From Methylotenera sp. (GTDB lineage: Bacteria; Pseudomonadota; Gammaproteobacteria; Burkholderiales; Methylophilaceae), in NCBI RefSeq assembly GCF_029945705.1, contig NZ_JAQSDC010000047.1:41921-105920 (forward strand): 64,000 bases of DNA, read 5' to 3'. This document shows positions 28,308 to 39,613 of the stretch, one piece after another; position 1 is the first letter of the stretch; each line of letters starts with the position of its first letter. A model generated the notes under the pieces. It was given only the letters and a program-made list of their open reading frames with translations. It did no database searches and was not told the DNA's origin. A program made the translations under genes and the position numbers.

Positions 28308-30809
28308 CTAATTTCTGTCAGATTCAGTTAAAAAGACTTCATTTGTGACGCTGTCACTATTAGAGCCGCCAGCATAGTTGAGTAACTCTTCAGGGTTCAC
28401 ACGCAGAGCCGCGCCAACTGGGCAGGCACGGACACATACAGGGCCTTCTTTAATGTCTTTGCACATATCACACTTAACTGCAACTTTAGAGCCGCCGACG
28501 ATAGGAACAGCTTTGGGCTGAATGCCCAATAAGATTTGCCATATGCTACGTTCAGGCTGGTCTTGTATCACCGCCATTTGAATCACATCATAAGGGCAAT
28601 TTTGTTGGCAGTTGCCACAGCCAATACAGCTGTCATCGATGTAAACTTCGCCATGCGGTGCGCGGTGAATTGCATCAGGTGGGCAATCTTTCATGCAGTG
28701 CGGATGTTCACAGTGACGACATGAGGTTGGTACGCGAATGTTTGCAAAGATTGGCCCTGCATCTCTATCTAGCCTTGTTGCACCGCCGTGCGTATCAGCG
28801 CAAGCGTCTTCACAGTAGTTGCAGCGCACACAGAGTGACTCATCTATTAGCAATACATCAGTGGCTTCACCCACACCTTGTTGAATCAGAAATGAGATAA
28901 GATTTGATGGGGTTGATTGATTGCTTAATGAGCTTGGGTTGTCAGCAGGTTCGAGTTGCTGACGTTTTTCTTGCTCTTGCAAATGTTTAAGATAGCGCGC
29001 ATCTAGCTCACTACGAATTTCTGGATTGCGCGCAATAATGTCACTCATTCTACTTGCATCAATCAATACGGCTTCTGTAGCTACGGCTGCTCGCACGGTC
29101 GCATAACGCGGTTCTCCAGAAACCAGAGACCATTCGCCCACATAGTTGCCTGCCGCTACGTAATAAAGTACAACCTCTCGACCACCTATGATGCGCGAAA
29201 CAGTGACTGAGCCGCTTTGAATCAAATATAGCCCATCCGCTTGATCACCTTCATGGAATAACTCTTCACCTGCGGCAAAACTTTTCGGCGTTGCATGGCT
29301 CGCTAAATCATTTAGATCTTCTTCACTGAGTGTGAGACCAATACACACGTGTACAACCCACTTAATAGCCACTTCATTAAGTACGCGGCGCATGGATTGT
29401 ACTGAATCAACGAGTTTTTGCATGACTCGTCTTGGCGTTTCTATCAACACGCATTTAGTACTGGCGCGAACTGTACCTGCTCTGCGGCGGCCTGACACAA
29501 GTGCCATTTCACCAAAGAATTGACCCGCATTAAGTTTAGCGTCTGGTTTATCGTCTTCATCAATTAATACATCTAATTCACCTTCGACGATAAAGAAAAA
29601 GGTGGTGCTGTAATCATTACGTTTAAAAATAATATCGCCAGGTTCTGGCTGCAAGATGTTGCTTTGCAGCACTAACTCACGTAGCTGCAAGGTCGTAAGC
29701 ATTTTCAGCAATGGCACGCTTTTGCGTATTTTTTCCAACACATCATCTACGCCACGGTCATTGCAAAAGCTGGCGAACTTATCACGCAATAAAGCCGTAT
29801 CAGCAGGTTCTACTGGGTTGCCTAAGATGTACTCAATGACTTCATAACCTTGATTAATCCCTTGTTTGATTAGCGGATAACCAGCCAGTGCACCAATGAT
29901 GTAAAGACCTGGCACACTAGACTCATAATGTGAGGATAATGAAGGAAGGGCTGCATAGTCATCTGTTGGAAAACCTACGCCAAAGCCTTCAAGTAAAGGT
30001 CTTGAGGGCAGGGCACCTAGCCGCGCAATGACGCGGTGGCATGGAATGCGCTCTATGCCATTGGGCGTGTTGGCAATCACAGTGATAGGAAACTCACCTT
30101 TGGTATTCACTTCAATCGCTTGAGGTTTCGTTTCTAGCAACCAATCTAAAGCGCCTCTTTTTCGCGCCTCTGTTAGTTGGCTAAGGTTGCTTTCCTTACA
30201 ATTGCTAAAGTCATCTGCGCGGTTGAGAATGATAATCTGGTTGCGCCCAGTAAGCGCGAGCGCATTTTCCACGCCGCTATCACCACCACCAATGACTACG
30301 ATAGTTTCATCCTGATAAGCTTGTGGATCATCTAATTGATATTGCACTTGCGGGACATCGCCACCAGGAATCTCTAACTGCCGTAAGTTGCCTTGAACAC
30401 CAATGGCTAGCACTACATGATCTGCGGTGATTTTGCTGCCATCAACTAGCTCTAATTCCAACCATTTTTCGCGGCGGTGTATCCCAATCACTTTTGAACC
30501 GTAACGAATATTTAAGTTGTAATCAATAATCGTCTTTTCCCACGTATCGAGTACGGTTTCGCGCAACGAGGCGGTAAAAGGTAAGGGGCTGCGAATAGGC
30601 AGCGCACGCGGCTCTGACATGACGAGTTTGCCACGAAGATAACTGCGAATAGTGCTCGCTGGCTCCTGTTCGGCTTCGAGCAGTAAGTAAGATAATTTTT
30701 GCTCAGTTGCACGCACAGCCGCGGACAATCCGCTTGGGCCAGAGCCGATAATAATGGTATTGAAATGCTCTAACATTGCGACTTGCTTGCTAATTACGTT
30801 TTTTGACAT
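28308..30809 (-). CDS. FAD/NAD(P) oxidoreductase - 2x cyclic-nucleotide-binding - 4x[4Fe-4S] ferredoxin fusion
   Basis: IIGSGPSG and VIGGGDSG Rossmann motifs; cNMP cassettes FFGEMAL..RRAGTV and YVGEWSL..PRYATV; CVRCNYCEDAC, CRHCEHPHC..CP, CIGCGNCQQNCP, KCDMC..PVC..ACP (DmsB/NrfC-like pattern). Confidence 0.88.
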   Translation of the reverse strand: MSKNVISKQVAMLEHFNTIIIGSGPSGLSAAVRATEQKLSYLLLEAEQEPASTIRSYLRGKLVMSEPRALPIRSPLPFTASLRETVLDTWEKTIIDYNLNIRYGSKVIGIHRREKWLELELVDGSKITADHVVLAIGVQGNLRQLEIPGGDVPQVQYQLDDPQAYQDETIVVIGGGDSGVENALALTGRNQIIILNRADDFSNCKESNLSQLTEARKRGALDWLLETKPQAIEVNTKGEFPITVIANTPNGIERIPCHRVIARLGALPSRPLLEGFGVGFPTDDYAALPSLSSHYESSVPGLYIIGALAGYPLIKQGINQGYEVIEYILGNPVEPADTALLRDKFASFCNDRGVDDVLEKIRKSVPLLKMLTTLQLRELVLQSNILQPEPGDIIFKRNDYSTTFFFIVEGELDVLIDEDDKPDAKLNAGQFFGEMALVSGRRRAGTVRASTKCVLIETPRRVMQKLVDSVQSMRRVLNEVAIKWVVHVCIGLTLSEEDLNDLASHATPKSFAAGEELFHEGDQADGLYLIQSGSVTVSRIIGGREVVLYYVAAGNYVGEWSLVSGEPRYATVRAAVATEAVLIDASRMSDIIARNPEIRSELDARYLKHLQEQEKRQQLEPADNPSSLSNQSTPSNLISFLIQQGVGEATDVLLIDESLCVRCNYCEDACADTHGGATRLDRDAGPIFANIRVPTSCRHCEHPHCMKDCPPDAIHRAPHGEVYIDDSCIGCGNCQQNCPYDVIQMAVIQDQPERSIWQILLGIQPKAVPIVGGSKVAVKCDMCKDIKEGPVCVRACPVGAALRVNPEELLNYAGGSNSDSVTNEVFLTESDRN

Positions 30810-31129
30810 GACGCGGCGACCAAAATTAAAGTCTTAGAATATGTCTGACTGATATACGCTATTGTACGGAAAGTTAGCTTGATTATGACAAATCCATTCT
30901 GAAATTTTCACATAATTTATTTAAATCAGCTACCGAACGATAATGCAATATCTATCAAGCTAGAAGTTGCCAAAAGTTACTGGTTGACTTAAGAAACGGT
31001 AGTATTTTACGGTTTGAATGTTACGTTTTAGTAAAATTTTTACTAAAATATGATGCATAGATAGTGTCATATATGCCGTTATAAGTCAAAATTTGAAGAT
31101 TTCTTTCATGGCATGCTTGCTTACTATTC

Positions 31130-32128
31130 TTAATAGTAACTACACATCATTTCCACTTCATTTTTTGACCCCATAATGACGGGAACTCTTTGATGAAGCG
31201 CGCTAGGTTTGATGTTCACAATTCTTTGGCGGCCACTAGACGATAGTCCGCCAGCCTGTTCAATAATAAAGCTCATTGGATTGGCTTCATACATTAAGCG
31301 TAATTTTCCACCTTTATCTTTTAGCTTGCTATCTATTGGGTACATAAAAATTCCACCGCGTATTAAAATTCTATGAACCTCCGCCACCATGGATGCAACC
31401 CAGCGCATATTGAATTGCTTGCCTCGGGGGCCATCTAGACCTTTTAAGCAATCTTCAATATAGTTTTTAACTGGCGTTTCCCATGACTTTTGATTAGACA
31501 TATTGATTGCAAATTCATGCGTATTTTCTGGAACACGCATATTGAGGTGGGTTAGATAAAACTCACCGACATCGTTATCCAGGGTAAACCCATTCACGCC
31601 AAAGCCAGTCGTAATCACCAGCATTGTTGAAGAGCCATAAAGTGCATAGCCTGAACATACTTGCGTGATACCAGACTGCAGATAATCTTTTACTTTAGGA
31701 TTATCCACACCTTCAGGACAACGGAGTATAGAGAAAATTGTGCCTACCGATATATTCACATTGACGTTAGAAGAGCCATCTAGTGGGTCAAACAACAGCA
31801 GATATTTGCCACTTTTACGAAGATTGACTGGAATTTCATAGGGCTCATCCATCTCTTCTGAAGCCATTCCAGCGTAATAGCCAGCAACCTGATTCACCTC
31901 AATAAAAATATTGTTGGTAATCACATCAAGCTGCTTTTGCGTTTCACCTTGAATGTTTTCAGATTCAAGGCTACCCATAACACCCGTTAAGGCGCCTTTG
32001 CAAACGGCTCTAGAGATTGATTTACAGGCGGTTGCAATGTCATTCAATAGCAGTACAAATTCGTCATCATGAATACCGCGTAGCCGCTGCTCATCTAATA
32101 AGAATTGTGAAAATGTTTGTTTTTCCAT
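31130..32128 (-). CDS. fbp: Fructose-1,6-bisphosphatase class 1
   Basis: GETQKQLDV, ASEE, FDPLDGSSN, RWVASMVAEVHR, GKLRLMYEANP. Confidence 0.96.
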   Translation of the reverse strand: MEKQTFSQFLLDEQRLRGIHDDEFVLLLNDIATACKSISRAVCKGALTGVMGSLESENIQGETQKQLDVITNNIFIEVNQVAGYYAGMASEEMDEPYEIPVNLRKSGKYLLLFDPLDGSSNVNVNISVGTIFSILRCPEGVDNPKVKDYLQSGITQVCSGYALYGSSTMLVITTGFGVNGFTLDNDVGEFYLTHLNMRVPENTHEFAINMSNQKSWETPVKNYIEDCLKGLDGPRGKQFNMRWVASMVAEVHRILIRGGIFMYPIDSKLKDKGGKLRLMYEANPMSFIIEQAGGLSSSGRQRIVNIKPSALHQRVPVIMGSKNEVEMMCSYY

Positions 32129-32173
32129 GTCGAGGGCCTTTTTAGTAGAGTTATTTTCTAGCTTAATTGCACG

Positions 32174-33415
<1,242 letters not shown>

Positions 33416-33455
33416 TTATTTAGTTTTAATAGTTGAAGTGTTTTTCATGCAAGTT

Positions 33456-35198
33456 TTAAGCGACAGCAACTTGAGAAATAGGCTTCTTAAATAGAACGAG
33501 TAATACAGTCGTCAGCAATGTGCCCGACACAATGGCAGCGATATACGCTAACAATGGGCTCACTGCATTGGGAATGGCGAGAACAAAAACCCCGCCGTGA
33601 GGTGCGTGCAATTCACAGCCAAAATACATAGACATTGCACCAGTTAAAGCCGCACCAGCAACACATGATGGAATGACACGCAATGGATCGTTGGCGGCGA
33701 ATGGGATTGCGCCTTCGGTAATAAACGACAAACCTAAAACAGCAGATGCCTTTCCTGCAATCTGTTCATCTGCAGTGAATCGATTTTTAGCCACAAAGGT
33801 AGCCAATCCAAGCGCTAGAGGAGGCACCATGCCTGCAGCCATTACTGCAGCCATCGGCAAGAAGGTATTACTGGCAAGCAGACCAACACCAAAGGTATAG
33901 GCGGCTTTATTGACTGGGCCACCCATATCAACCGCCATCATGCCACCTAATAAAAGTCCGAGTAATACCGCGTTTGCCGAGCCAATATTTTTTAAAAAGC
34001 TGGTAAGTCCATCCATGATCGCTTTTGCTGGCTCGCCAACTACATAAATCATGAATAAACCAACTAGTAATGTTGATAATAGCGGGATAATTAATACAGG
34101 TTTTAGTCCTTCAAAATGAACTGGCAACTTGATGTTGTCGCGCATCCAAAGTGCTACATAACCTGCAAAAAAGCCAGCTAGAATCCCACCTAAAAAGCCG
34201 GCTTGCAGTTGGCTTGCTAACATTCCTCCAATCAAACCTGGTGCTAAACCCGGACGATCCGCAATAGAGTAGGCAATGAAACCTGCAAGTACCGGAATCA
34301 TCAATGCGAACGCTGCGCCGCCGCCGATACTCATCAACGCTGCGGCTAATGTGCCTTTTTCTTTAAATGCCTCGATACCAAAAATAAACGACAGTGCAAT
34401 TATCAAGCCGCCAGCAACAACCAAAGGCAACATATAAGACACACCTGTTAATAAATGTTTGTAAACACCACTGGCCTTTTGTGTGCTTTTAGCAGTTGTT
34501 GCAGCGGCAGTCTGTGCTGTTTGTTTAGGTGCAGAAAAAGCTTCCTGAATCACTTTATCTGTTTCTTTTAATGCACGGCCAACTGAAGTTTTATAGACTA
34601 TCTTACCTGCAAAGCGAGCATCGTCCACATGCGTATCAGCACCAATCACCACGACATCCGCTTCTGCAATTTCTTCATCAGTTAATTGGCTTTTAGCGCC
34701 AACAGAGCCTTGTGTTTCAACGCGAATATCGCAGTTATTAGTCTTAGCCCATTTTTTCAAAGCCTCTGCGGCCATAAAAGTGTGCGCTATGCCTGTTGGG
34801 CAGGCAGTAATGGCGACAATTTTTTTACGTGCTGTTGAGTTGTCTGGAGCTTCAACTGCTGGCGCTGCAACGGTAGATTTAGCTGCTTGAGTTTCAGTTA
34901 ATGCAAGTGCAGCTTCTAGCACTTGCTCAGTATCTCGAATCGCATCACTGGTGCTGACTGCATGTATTACTTTTCCTTCGAATCGGTTCATTTCGAGATG
35001 CACATCAGATGCAATAATTACAATCTCTGCAGTTCGAATCTCTTCTTCGCTTAAGGTATTTTCACCACCAGTTGCACCTCGGGTCTCAACCCTTATGCTG
35101 TGCCCCATCGTAATTGCCGTTTTCTTTAATGCTTCTGCTGCCATGTAGGTATGCGCAATACCTGTGGGGCATGCTGTTACCGCAATAATATTAGCCAT
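33456..35198 (-). CDS. fruA: PTS fructose-specific EIIBBC
   Basis: Two ACPTGIAHT EIIB domains; EIIC with HLLTGVSYMLP, DMGGPVNKAA, FITEGAIPFAA. Confidence 0.95.
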   Translation of the reverse strand: MANIIAVTACPTGIAHTYMAAEALKKTAITMGHSIRVETRGATGGENTLSEEEIRTAEIVIIASDVHLEMNRFEGKVIHAVSTSDAIRDTEQVLEAALALTETQAAKSTVAAPAVEAPDNSTARKKIVAITACPTGIAHTFMAAEALKKWAKTNNCDIRVETQGSVGAKSQLTDEEIAEADVVVIGADTHVDDARFAGKIVYKTSVGRALKETDKVIQEAFSAPKQTAQTAAATTAKSTQKASGVYKHLLTGVSYMLPLVVAGGLIIALSFIFGIEAFKEKGTLAAALMSIGGGAAFALMIPVLAGFIAYSIADRPGLAPGLIGGMLASQLQAGFLGGILAGFFAGYVALWMRDNIKLPVHFEGLKPVLIIPLLSTLLVGLFMIYVVGEPAKAIMDGLTSFLKNIGSANAVLLGLLLGGMMAVDMGGPVNKAAYTFGVGLLASNTFLPMAAVMAAGMVPPLALGLATFVAKNRFTADEQIAGKASAVLGLSFITEGAIPFAANDPLRVIPSCVAGAALTGAMSMYFGCELHAPHGGVFVLAIPNAVSPLLAYIAAIVSGTLLTTVLLVLFKKPISQVAVA

Positions 35199-35234
35199 TT
35201 TGCTTCTCCATTGAACATTAAGCGTGGGATAGTT

Positions 35235-36197
35235 CTAATCGACTATTTTCCGCACACTGATTTGTTGCATATAGGATTCGAGCACTTGCGTTTCTGCCAG
35301 TTTAGGACCGAGCTGGGTTAAGGCACCCATAGCGGTTGCTGTAGATAATCTGGCACAATCTTCAAGTGAAAATCCCTTTATTTTGGCCGCTATAAATCCA
35401 GCAACCATTGCGTCACCCGCACCAACCGTACTCTTTACTACAATCGGCGGCGGTACTGCTACTGCTGATTCAGCGCCACTTACAAACATGGCACCGTCTT
35501 TACCCATCGAGATAATCACATACTCAATGCCTGTATTCACTAACGTTCTAGCTGCGTTTAAAACATCTTGCTCAGTGGTTAACGTTCTTCCTAGCAATTC
35601 TTCAAGTTCAGCAATATTCGGCTTAATGGCATACGGCACTTCATGTATCGAATCTCTTAAAGCCTCGCCGCTTGTGTCTAACACGACATGTTTACCTGCA
35701 TTTTTTAGATACTTAATTACTGCCGCATAAAACTCGGTTGGGATGCCACTTGGAAGGCTACCTGATAATACAAACCAATCATGGTCAAATACCAGATTAT
35801 GAATTTTCTTTTTTAGATCAATAAGATCCTGCTCGGTGGGTGACTGTCCAGAGTAATTTACATCGGTGATTGTTTTCTTTACTTCATCGATAATTTTGAC
35901 GTTAACTCTAGTTCTACCAGGGATACGCACAAAGTGATCTGTCATATTTTTTTGATTAAACAACTTCTCAAAAATTGAGGCATTATCAATTCCAATAAAG
36001 CCTGTCACAGATGTGCTGAAACCTAAATCTGCTAAAAAAGAAGCGACATTCACGCCTTTTCCACCTGGGTCAGATTGCTCCCAGCTCACGCGATTCACTT
36101 CTCCTGCAGTAAAGTTTGAAATTGCTACACTTTTATCAATGGCAGGGTTTAAAGTAATTGTTGCGATATTGCTTAATTGCACCATTTCGGTCTCCAT
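35235..36197 (-). CDS. fruK: 1-phosphofructokinase
   Basis: TLNPAID, GGKGVNVA, SGSLP, IKPNIAEL, STVGAGDAM. Confidence 0.93.
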   Translation of the reverse strand: METEMVQLSNIATITLNPAIDKSVAISNFTAGEVNRVSWEQSDPGGKGVNVASFLADLGFSTSVTGFIGIDNASIFEKLFNQKNMTDHFVRIPGRTRVNVKIIDEVKKTITDVNYSGQSPTEQDLIDLKKKIHNLVFDHDWFVLSGSLPSGIPTEFYAAVIKYLKNAGKHVVLDTSGEALRDSIHEVPYAIKPNIAELEELLGRTLTTEQDVLNAARTLVNTGIEYVIISMGKDGAMFVSGAESAVAVPPPIVVKSTVGAGDAMVAGFIAAKIKGFSLEDCARLSTATAMGALTQLGPKLAETQVLESYMQQISVRKIVD

Positions 36198-36228
36198 GTA
36201 TGCTGTACGAATATTTAATGCAAACTGA

Positions 36229-38712
36229 TTAAAGCGCGCGGACTTCTGTGGCTGTAGAGCAAGACAATGCTCGCTTGGCTAATGCAACACTCTCTGCATA
36301 TGACATCTTTCTTACTTTAGCTTTAACGGCGGCCACACTAGGAATGCTCATGCTAAGCTCAGTTACACCAAGGCCAGTTAAAATGGCTGCACCTTTTGGG
36401 TCACCCGCAATGCCACCGCAAACGCCTACCCAAATGCCTGCGGATTTAGCAGCTTTTACAGTTAGGTCTATCATGCGCAATACCGCTGGATGTAAGGCAT
36501 CTGCTTGGCGAGATAAACTAGGATGCAACCTATCCATTGCTAATACATACTGTGTCAGGTCATTCGTACCCACTGAGAAGAAATCCACATGACGAGCTAG
36601 TTCTGGTGCCATCAGAACTGCAGACGGCACTTCTATCATGATGCCGATTTCAATTGGGTTGGCATTCATCTCTTTACGCACTTCTTCGGCCATGGCTTTA
36701 GCTGTTAGCAGTTCTTCAACGGTGGCAATCATAGGAAACATAATTTTGATTGGGCCTGTCATGCCAGTACGATAGATAGCACGTAGTTGCGGCCTGAATA
36801 AGTCAGGTCTGGCTAAGCATAAGCGAATACCACGTACACCTAAAAATGGATTCTGCTCACTGGGAAGGGATAGGTAGGGCACTTCTTTATCGCCACCAAT
36901 ATCCAGTGTTCTAATGATAAGCGGCAGACCATTTAAAGCTTTAGTCATCTCACAATAGGATGTGTACTGCTCTTCTTCACTTGGCGGTTCTGCACGCTGT
37001 AAAAATAAAAACTCAGTACGTAATAAACCAATACCTTCTGATCCAGCATTCACGGCTTGTTCGGCTTCAGCAGCAGAGCCAATATTGGCTACCACCTCAA
37101 CACGATGACCATCAGTCGTCATGGCCGGCTCATAGCAAGCAAGATTTTCAGCTAAACGCTGAGCTTGTTGATCTTGTTGTGCGTTGCATGCAATCACAAG
37201 GTCGTCTTCACTTGGATTTAAATATAAATTACCTGAATGACCGTCTAAGATTGCAATGACGCCATCTTGATGGTTAAGCACAGCAGGGCCAGCGCCAACA
37301 ATGGCTGGAATATCAAGCGAACGAGCGATGATAGCTGTATGTGAAGTTGGTCCTCCAGCAGCGGTGCAAATACCAAGTACCATTTTTGGATCAAGTTTAG
37401 CTGTGTCAGAAGGGGATAAGTCCTCAGCTACTAATATGGCTGGTGTCGTCATGGCGGTGGGCGACTCTTCTAAAGCATCTGACAGTAGTCGTAATACTCT
37501 GCGCCCAATATCTAAAATATCATTGGCGCGCTCTTTCAATAAAGCATCTTCTAAACCAGCTACTTCAGAGGCTCTTTTGCCATAGCTGTCGCGCCACGCC
37601 CAGCCTGCACTATGCCCAATGCTAATGTTGTAAATTGCGGCTTCGAGTAAATCTGGGTCAGATAAAAATTCTATGTGGGCTAGAAAAATTGCAGCATGTG
37701 CAGCGCCGCTACGTTCTTTGACTTCATCATGTAAGTTTTGTAATTGTATTTTTGCCGATGCAATGGCATGGTTTAGGCGAGTCTCTTCTATTTCTGGAGA
37801 TTGTGCAGTTACTGCAACAACAATTTTCTCATGACGGAAATGACGAATTGGACCGATCGCAATACCAATTGAACCTGCAATACCTGCGATTGGTGGCGCT
37901 GCAAAATTTAATAGCACTTGCGATGTGCTAATTGGTAACGCATGTCCAGATTCAGCTTCATCTTCTAAACCTAATTTCACTGCATCAACTAAGGCTTTTA
38001 ATGCTGAGTCTTCATCGCTACCACTCACCATAATACGAATAGTTACACGCTTATTAGCGCCTAACTTTAATAGCGAAACTAGGCTTTTACCATTGGCAAT
38101 TTTACTGCCATGGCGTACACGTATTTCTGATTGAAACTGCTTAGCAATTTCCACAAACGCAGTAGCAGGGCGGGCATGCAGACCACCATCACTGTTTAAT
38201 TCAACATCAATCGATTTCTCAAAGTCATCAATATGTGCGTTGTTGCTTGCATTACTTTCGATTGCTTGAGTGTTGCTGTCACGTGATTTTGTTAAGCATT
38301 CAACGATGTCCATCGCATTTGTTGTTTTTGCTAGGCGCTGAATAATCGTCTCATCGTCCAAAACGTCAGTTAAGTTTGCAAGTAACTCAATGTGTTCATC
38401 AGACCGTGCGGCAATACCCACCACTAAGTAGACAACTTCTCCACTATTCCACTCTACGCCTTCAGGAAACTGCGCAACGGCGATACCTGTTTGTAAAATT
38501 AATTCTCTATCTTTTGGTAGGCCATGTGGAATTGCAATGCCATTCCCCAGATAAGTATTTGCTATCTTTTCGCGTTGCTGCATGCTGTCTGAGTAGGCGG
38601 CTTGCATATTGCCATTGGCCACTAATAAGCTGGCAACCAATTTAATAGCCTCTGATTTGTTGCTTGCCTGCCCACGTAACTGAATGCTTTGAATACCTAA
38701 CTGAATCATCAC
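36229..38712 (-). CDS. fruB: Multiphosphoryl transfer protein EIIA(Fru)-HPr-EI
   Basis: EIIA GNGIAIPHG, HPr GLHARPA, EI GGPTSHTAI, GLLRTE, RTLDIGGDK, NPFLGVRG. Confidence 0.92.
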   Translation of the reverse strand: MMIQLGIQSIQLRGQASNKSEAIKLVASLLVANGNMQAAYSDSMQQREKIANTYLGNGIAIPHGLPKDRELILQTGIAVAQFPEGVEWNSGEVVYLVVGIAARSDEHIELLANLTDVLDDETIIQRLAKTTNAMDIVECLTKSRDSNTQAIESNASNNAHIDDFEKSIDVELNSDGGLHARPATAFVEIAKQFQSEIRVRHGSKIANGKSLVSLLKLGANKRVTIRIMVSGSDEDSALKALVDAVKLGLEDEAESGHALPISTSQVLLNFAAPPIAGIAGSIGIAIGPIRHFRHEKIVVAVTAQSPEIEETRLNHAIASAKIQLQNLHDEVKERSGAAHAAIFLAHIEFLSDPDLLEAAIYNISIGHSAGWAWRDSYGKRASEVAGLEDALLKERANDILDIGRRVLRLLSDALEESPTAMTTPAILVAEDLSPSDTAKLDPKMVLGICTAAGGPTSHTAIIARSLDIPAIVGAGPAVLNHQDGVIAILDGHSGNLYLNPSEDDLVIACNAQQDQQAQRLAENLACYEPAMTTDGHRVEVVANIGSAAEAEQAVNAGSEGIGLLRTEFLFLQRAEPPSEEEQYTSYCEMTKALNGLPLIIRTLDIGGDKEVPYLSLPSEQNPFLGVRGIRLCLARPDLFRPQLRAIYRTGMTGPIKIMFPMIATVEELLTAKAMAEEVRKEMNANPIEIGIMIEVPSAVLMAPELARHVDFFSVGTNDLTQYVLAMDRLHPSLSRQADALHPAVLRMIDLTVKAAKSAGIWVGVCGGIAGDPKGAAILTGLGVTELSMSIPSVAAVKAKVRKMSYAESVALAKRALSCSTATEVRAL

Positions 38713-38775
38713 GGTCTCTCCTAATTTATTACATTAGCGAAAAATTATTTGCGCTACTTTTATTATCAATAATAC

Positions 38776-39564
38776 TTAAGTGCCACTTGCAAACATCATG
38801 GTAATTTTTGCCGTTTTTGCTGCATCAATTGCTTCCTGATTCAAACCATGATTTACAATCCATTTTGAAACTGCACCTAAGCTGACAATTGGCGCGTAAG
38901 ATTCCTGTCCCCATTTAGAGCTATCAACTAATGCACATACTTGCTTGCTATGCTCAATAACGGCACGCTTAACCACAGCTTCCACATGGTTTGAATTACC
39001 CCAGCCTTGCGCCTGATTGACTGCAACTGAACCCATAAAGAACGTATCAATGTGTAGGTTGTTAATTTGTGCTAATGCGATTGGACCAACCGTACTCAAC
39101 GCATTCTGATAAACGTCACCACCAATCAATTGCACGTTATAGGGTGTTTGCCCAGCTAACTCAGAGGCAATTGTCAGGCCATGCGTCACAATTTGTAGAT
39201 GAGTGACATTTGGCAAACCTTGTTTAATTGCACGCGCCATTTCTAGTGTTGTAGTACCAGCATCTATGTAAATAGTTTGTCCGCTTTTAAGTAAAGTGGT
39301 CGCCATTCTGCCGATTGCCTGCTTTTGAATTTGCTCATATTCAAGTCGTTGTGAGTAATTAACATCACTATTGAGTAAAACTGCGCCGCCATGAACGCGC
39401 CTTAATAAACCACGCTTTTCCAAAGTGTGGAAATCACGTCGCAAAGTCATTTCAGAAAGATTAAATTGCTCAGCTAGCTGTCTGGTGCGACATTCACCTC
39501 TTGCATGCAATACAGCGGTAATCATTTCTAATCTGCGTTCTGCCAAATGATCTTTCATCACCAA
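38776..39564 (-). CDS. DeoR/GlpR-family transcriptional regulator of the fructose operon
   Basis: SEMTLRRD HTH, RRVHGGA, IDAGTTT; first gene of the operon. Confidence 0.9.
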   Translation of the reverse strand: MVMKDHLAERRLEMITAVLHARGECRTRQLAEQFNLSEMTLRRDFHTLEKRGLLRRVHGGAVLLNSDVNYSQRLEYEQIQKQAIGRMATTLLKSGQTIYIDAGTTTLEMARAIKQGLPNVTHLQIVTHGLTIASELAGQTPYNVQLIGGDVYQNALSTVGPIALAQINNLHIDTFFMGSVAVNQAQGWGNSNHVEAVVKRAVIEHSKQVCALVDSSKWGQESYAPIVSLGAVSKWIVNHGLNQEAIDAAKTAKITMMFASGT

Positions 39565-39589
39565 CTCCTTAAACCTTAATGTTATTAAA

Positions 39590-39613
39590 CAAAACGATTA
39601 GTTAATCGTTTTG
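39590..39613. promoter_or_regulatory. Palindromic operator candidate upstream of the fru operon
   Basis: CAAAACGATTA-GT-TAATCGTTTTG, perfect 11-bp arms. Confidence 0.55.

Noticed and set aside
30876-30916. FNR/CRP-like half sites upstream of the cNMP operon (TTGATTATGACAAA; TCTGA-N5-TCACA)
   Set aside because: Two mismatches in one and wrong spacing in the other; not supportable.
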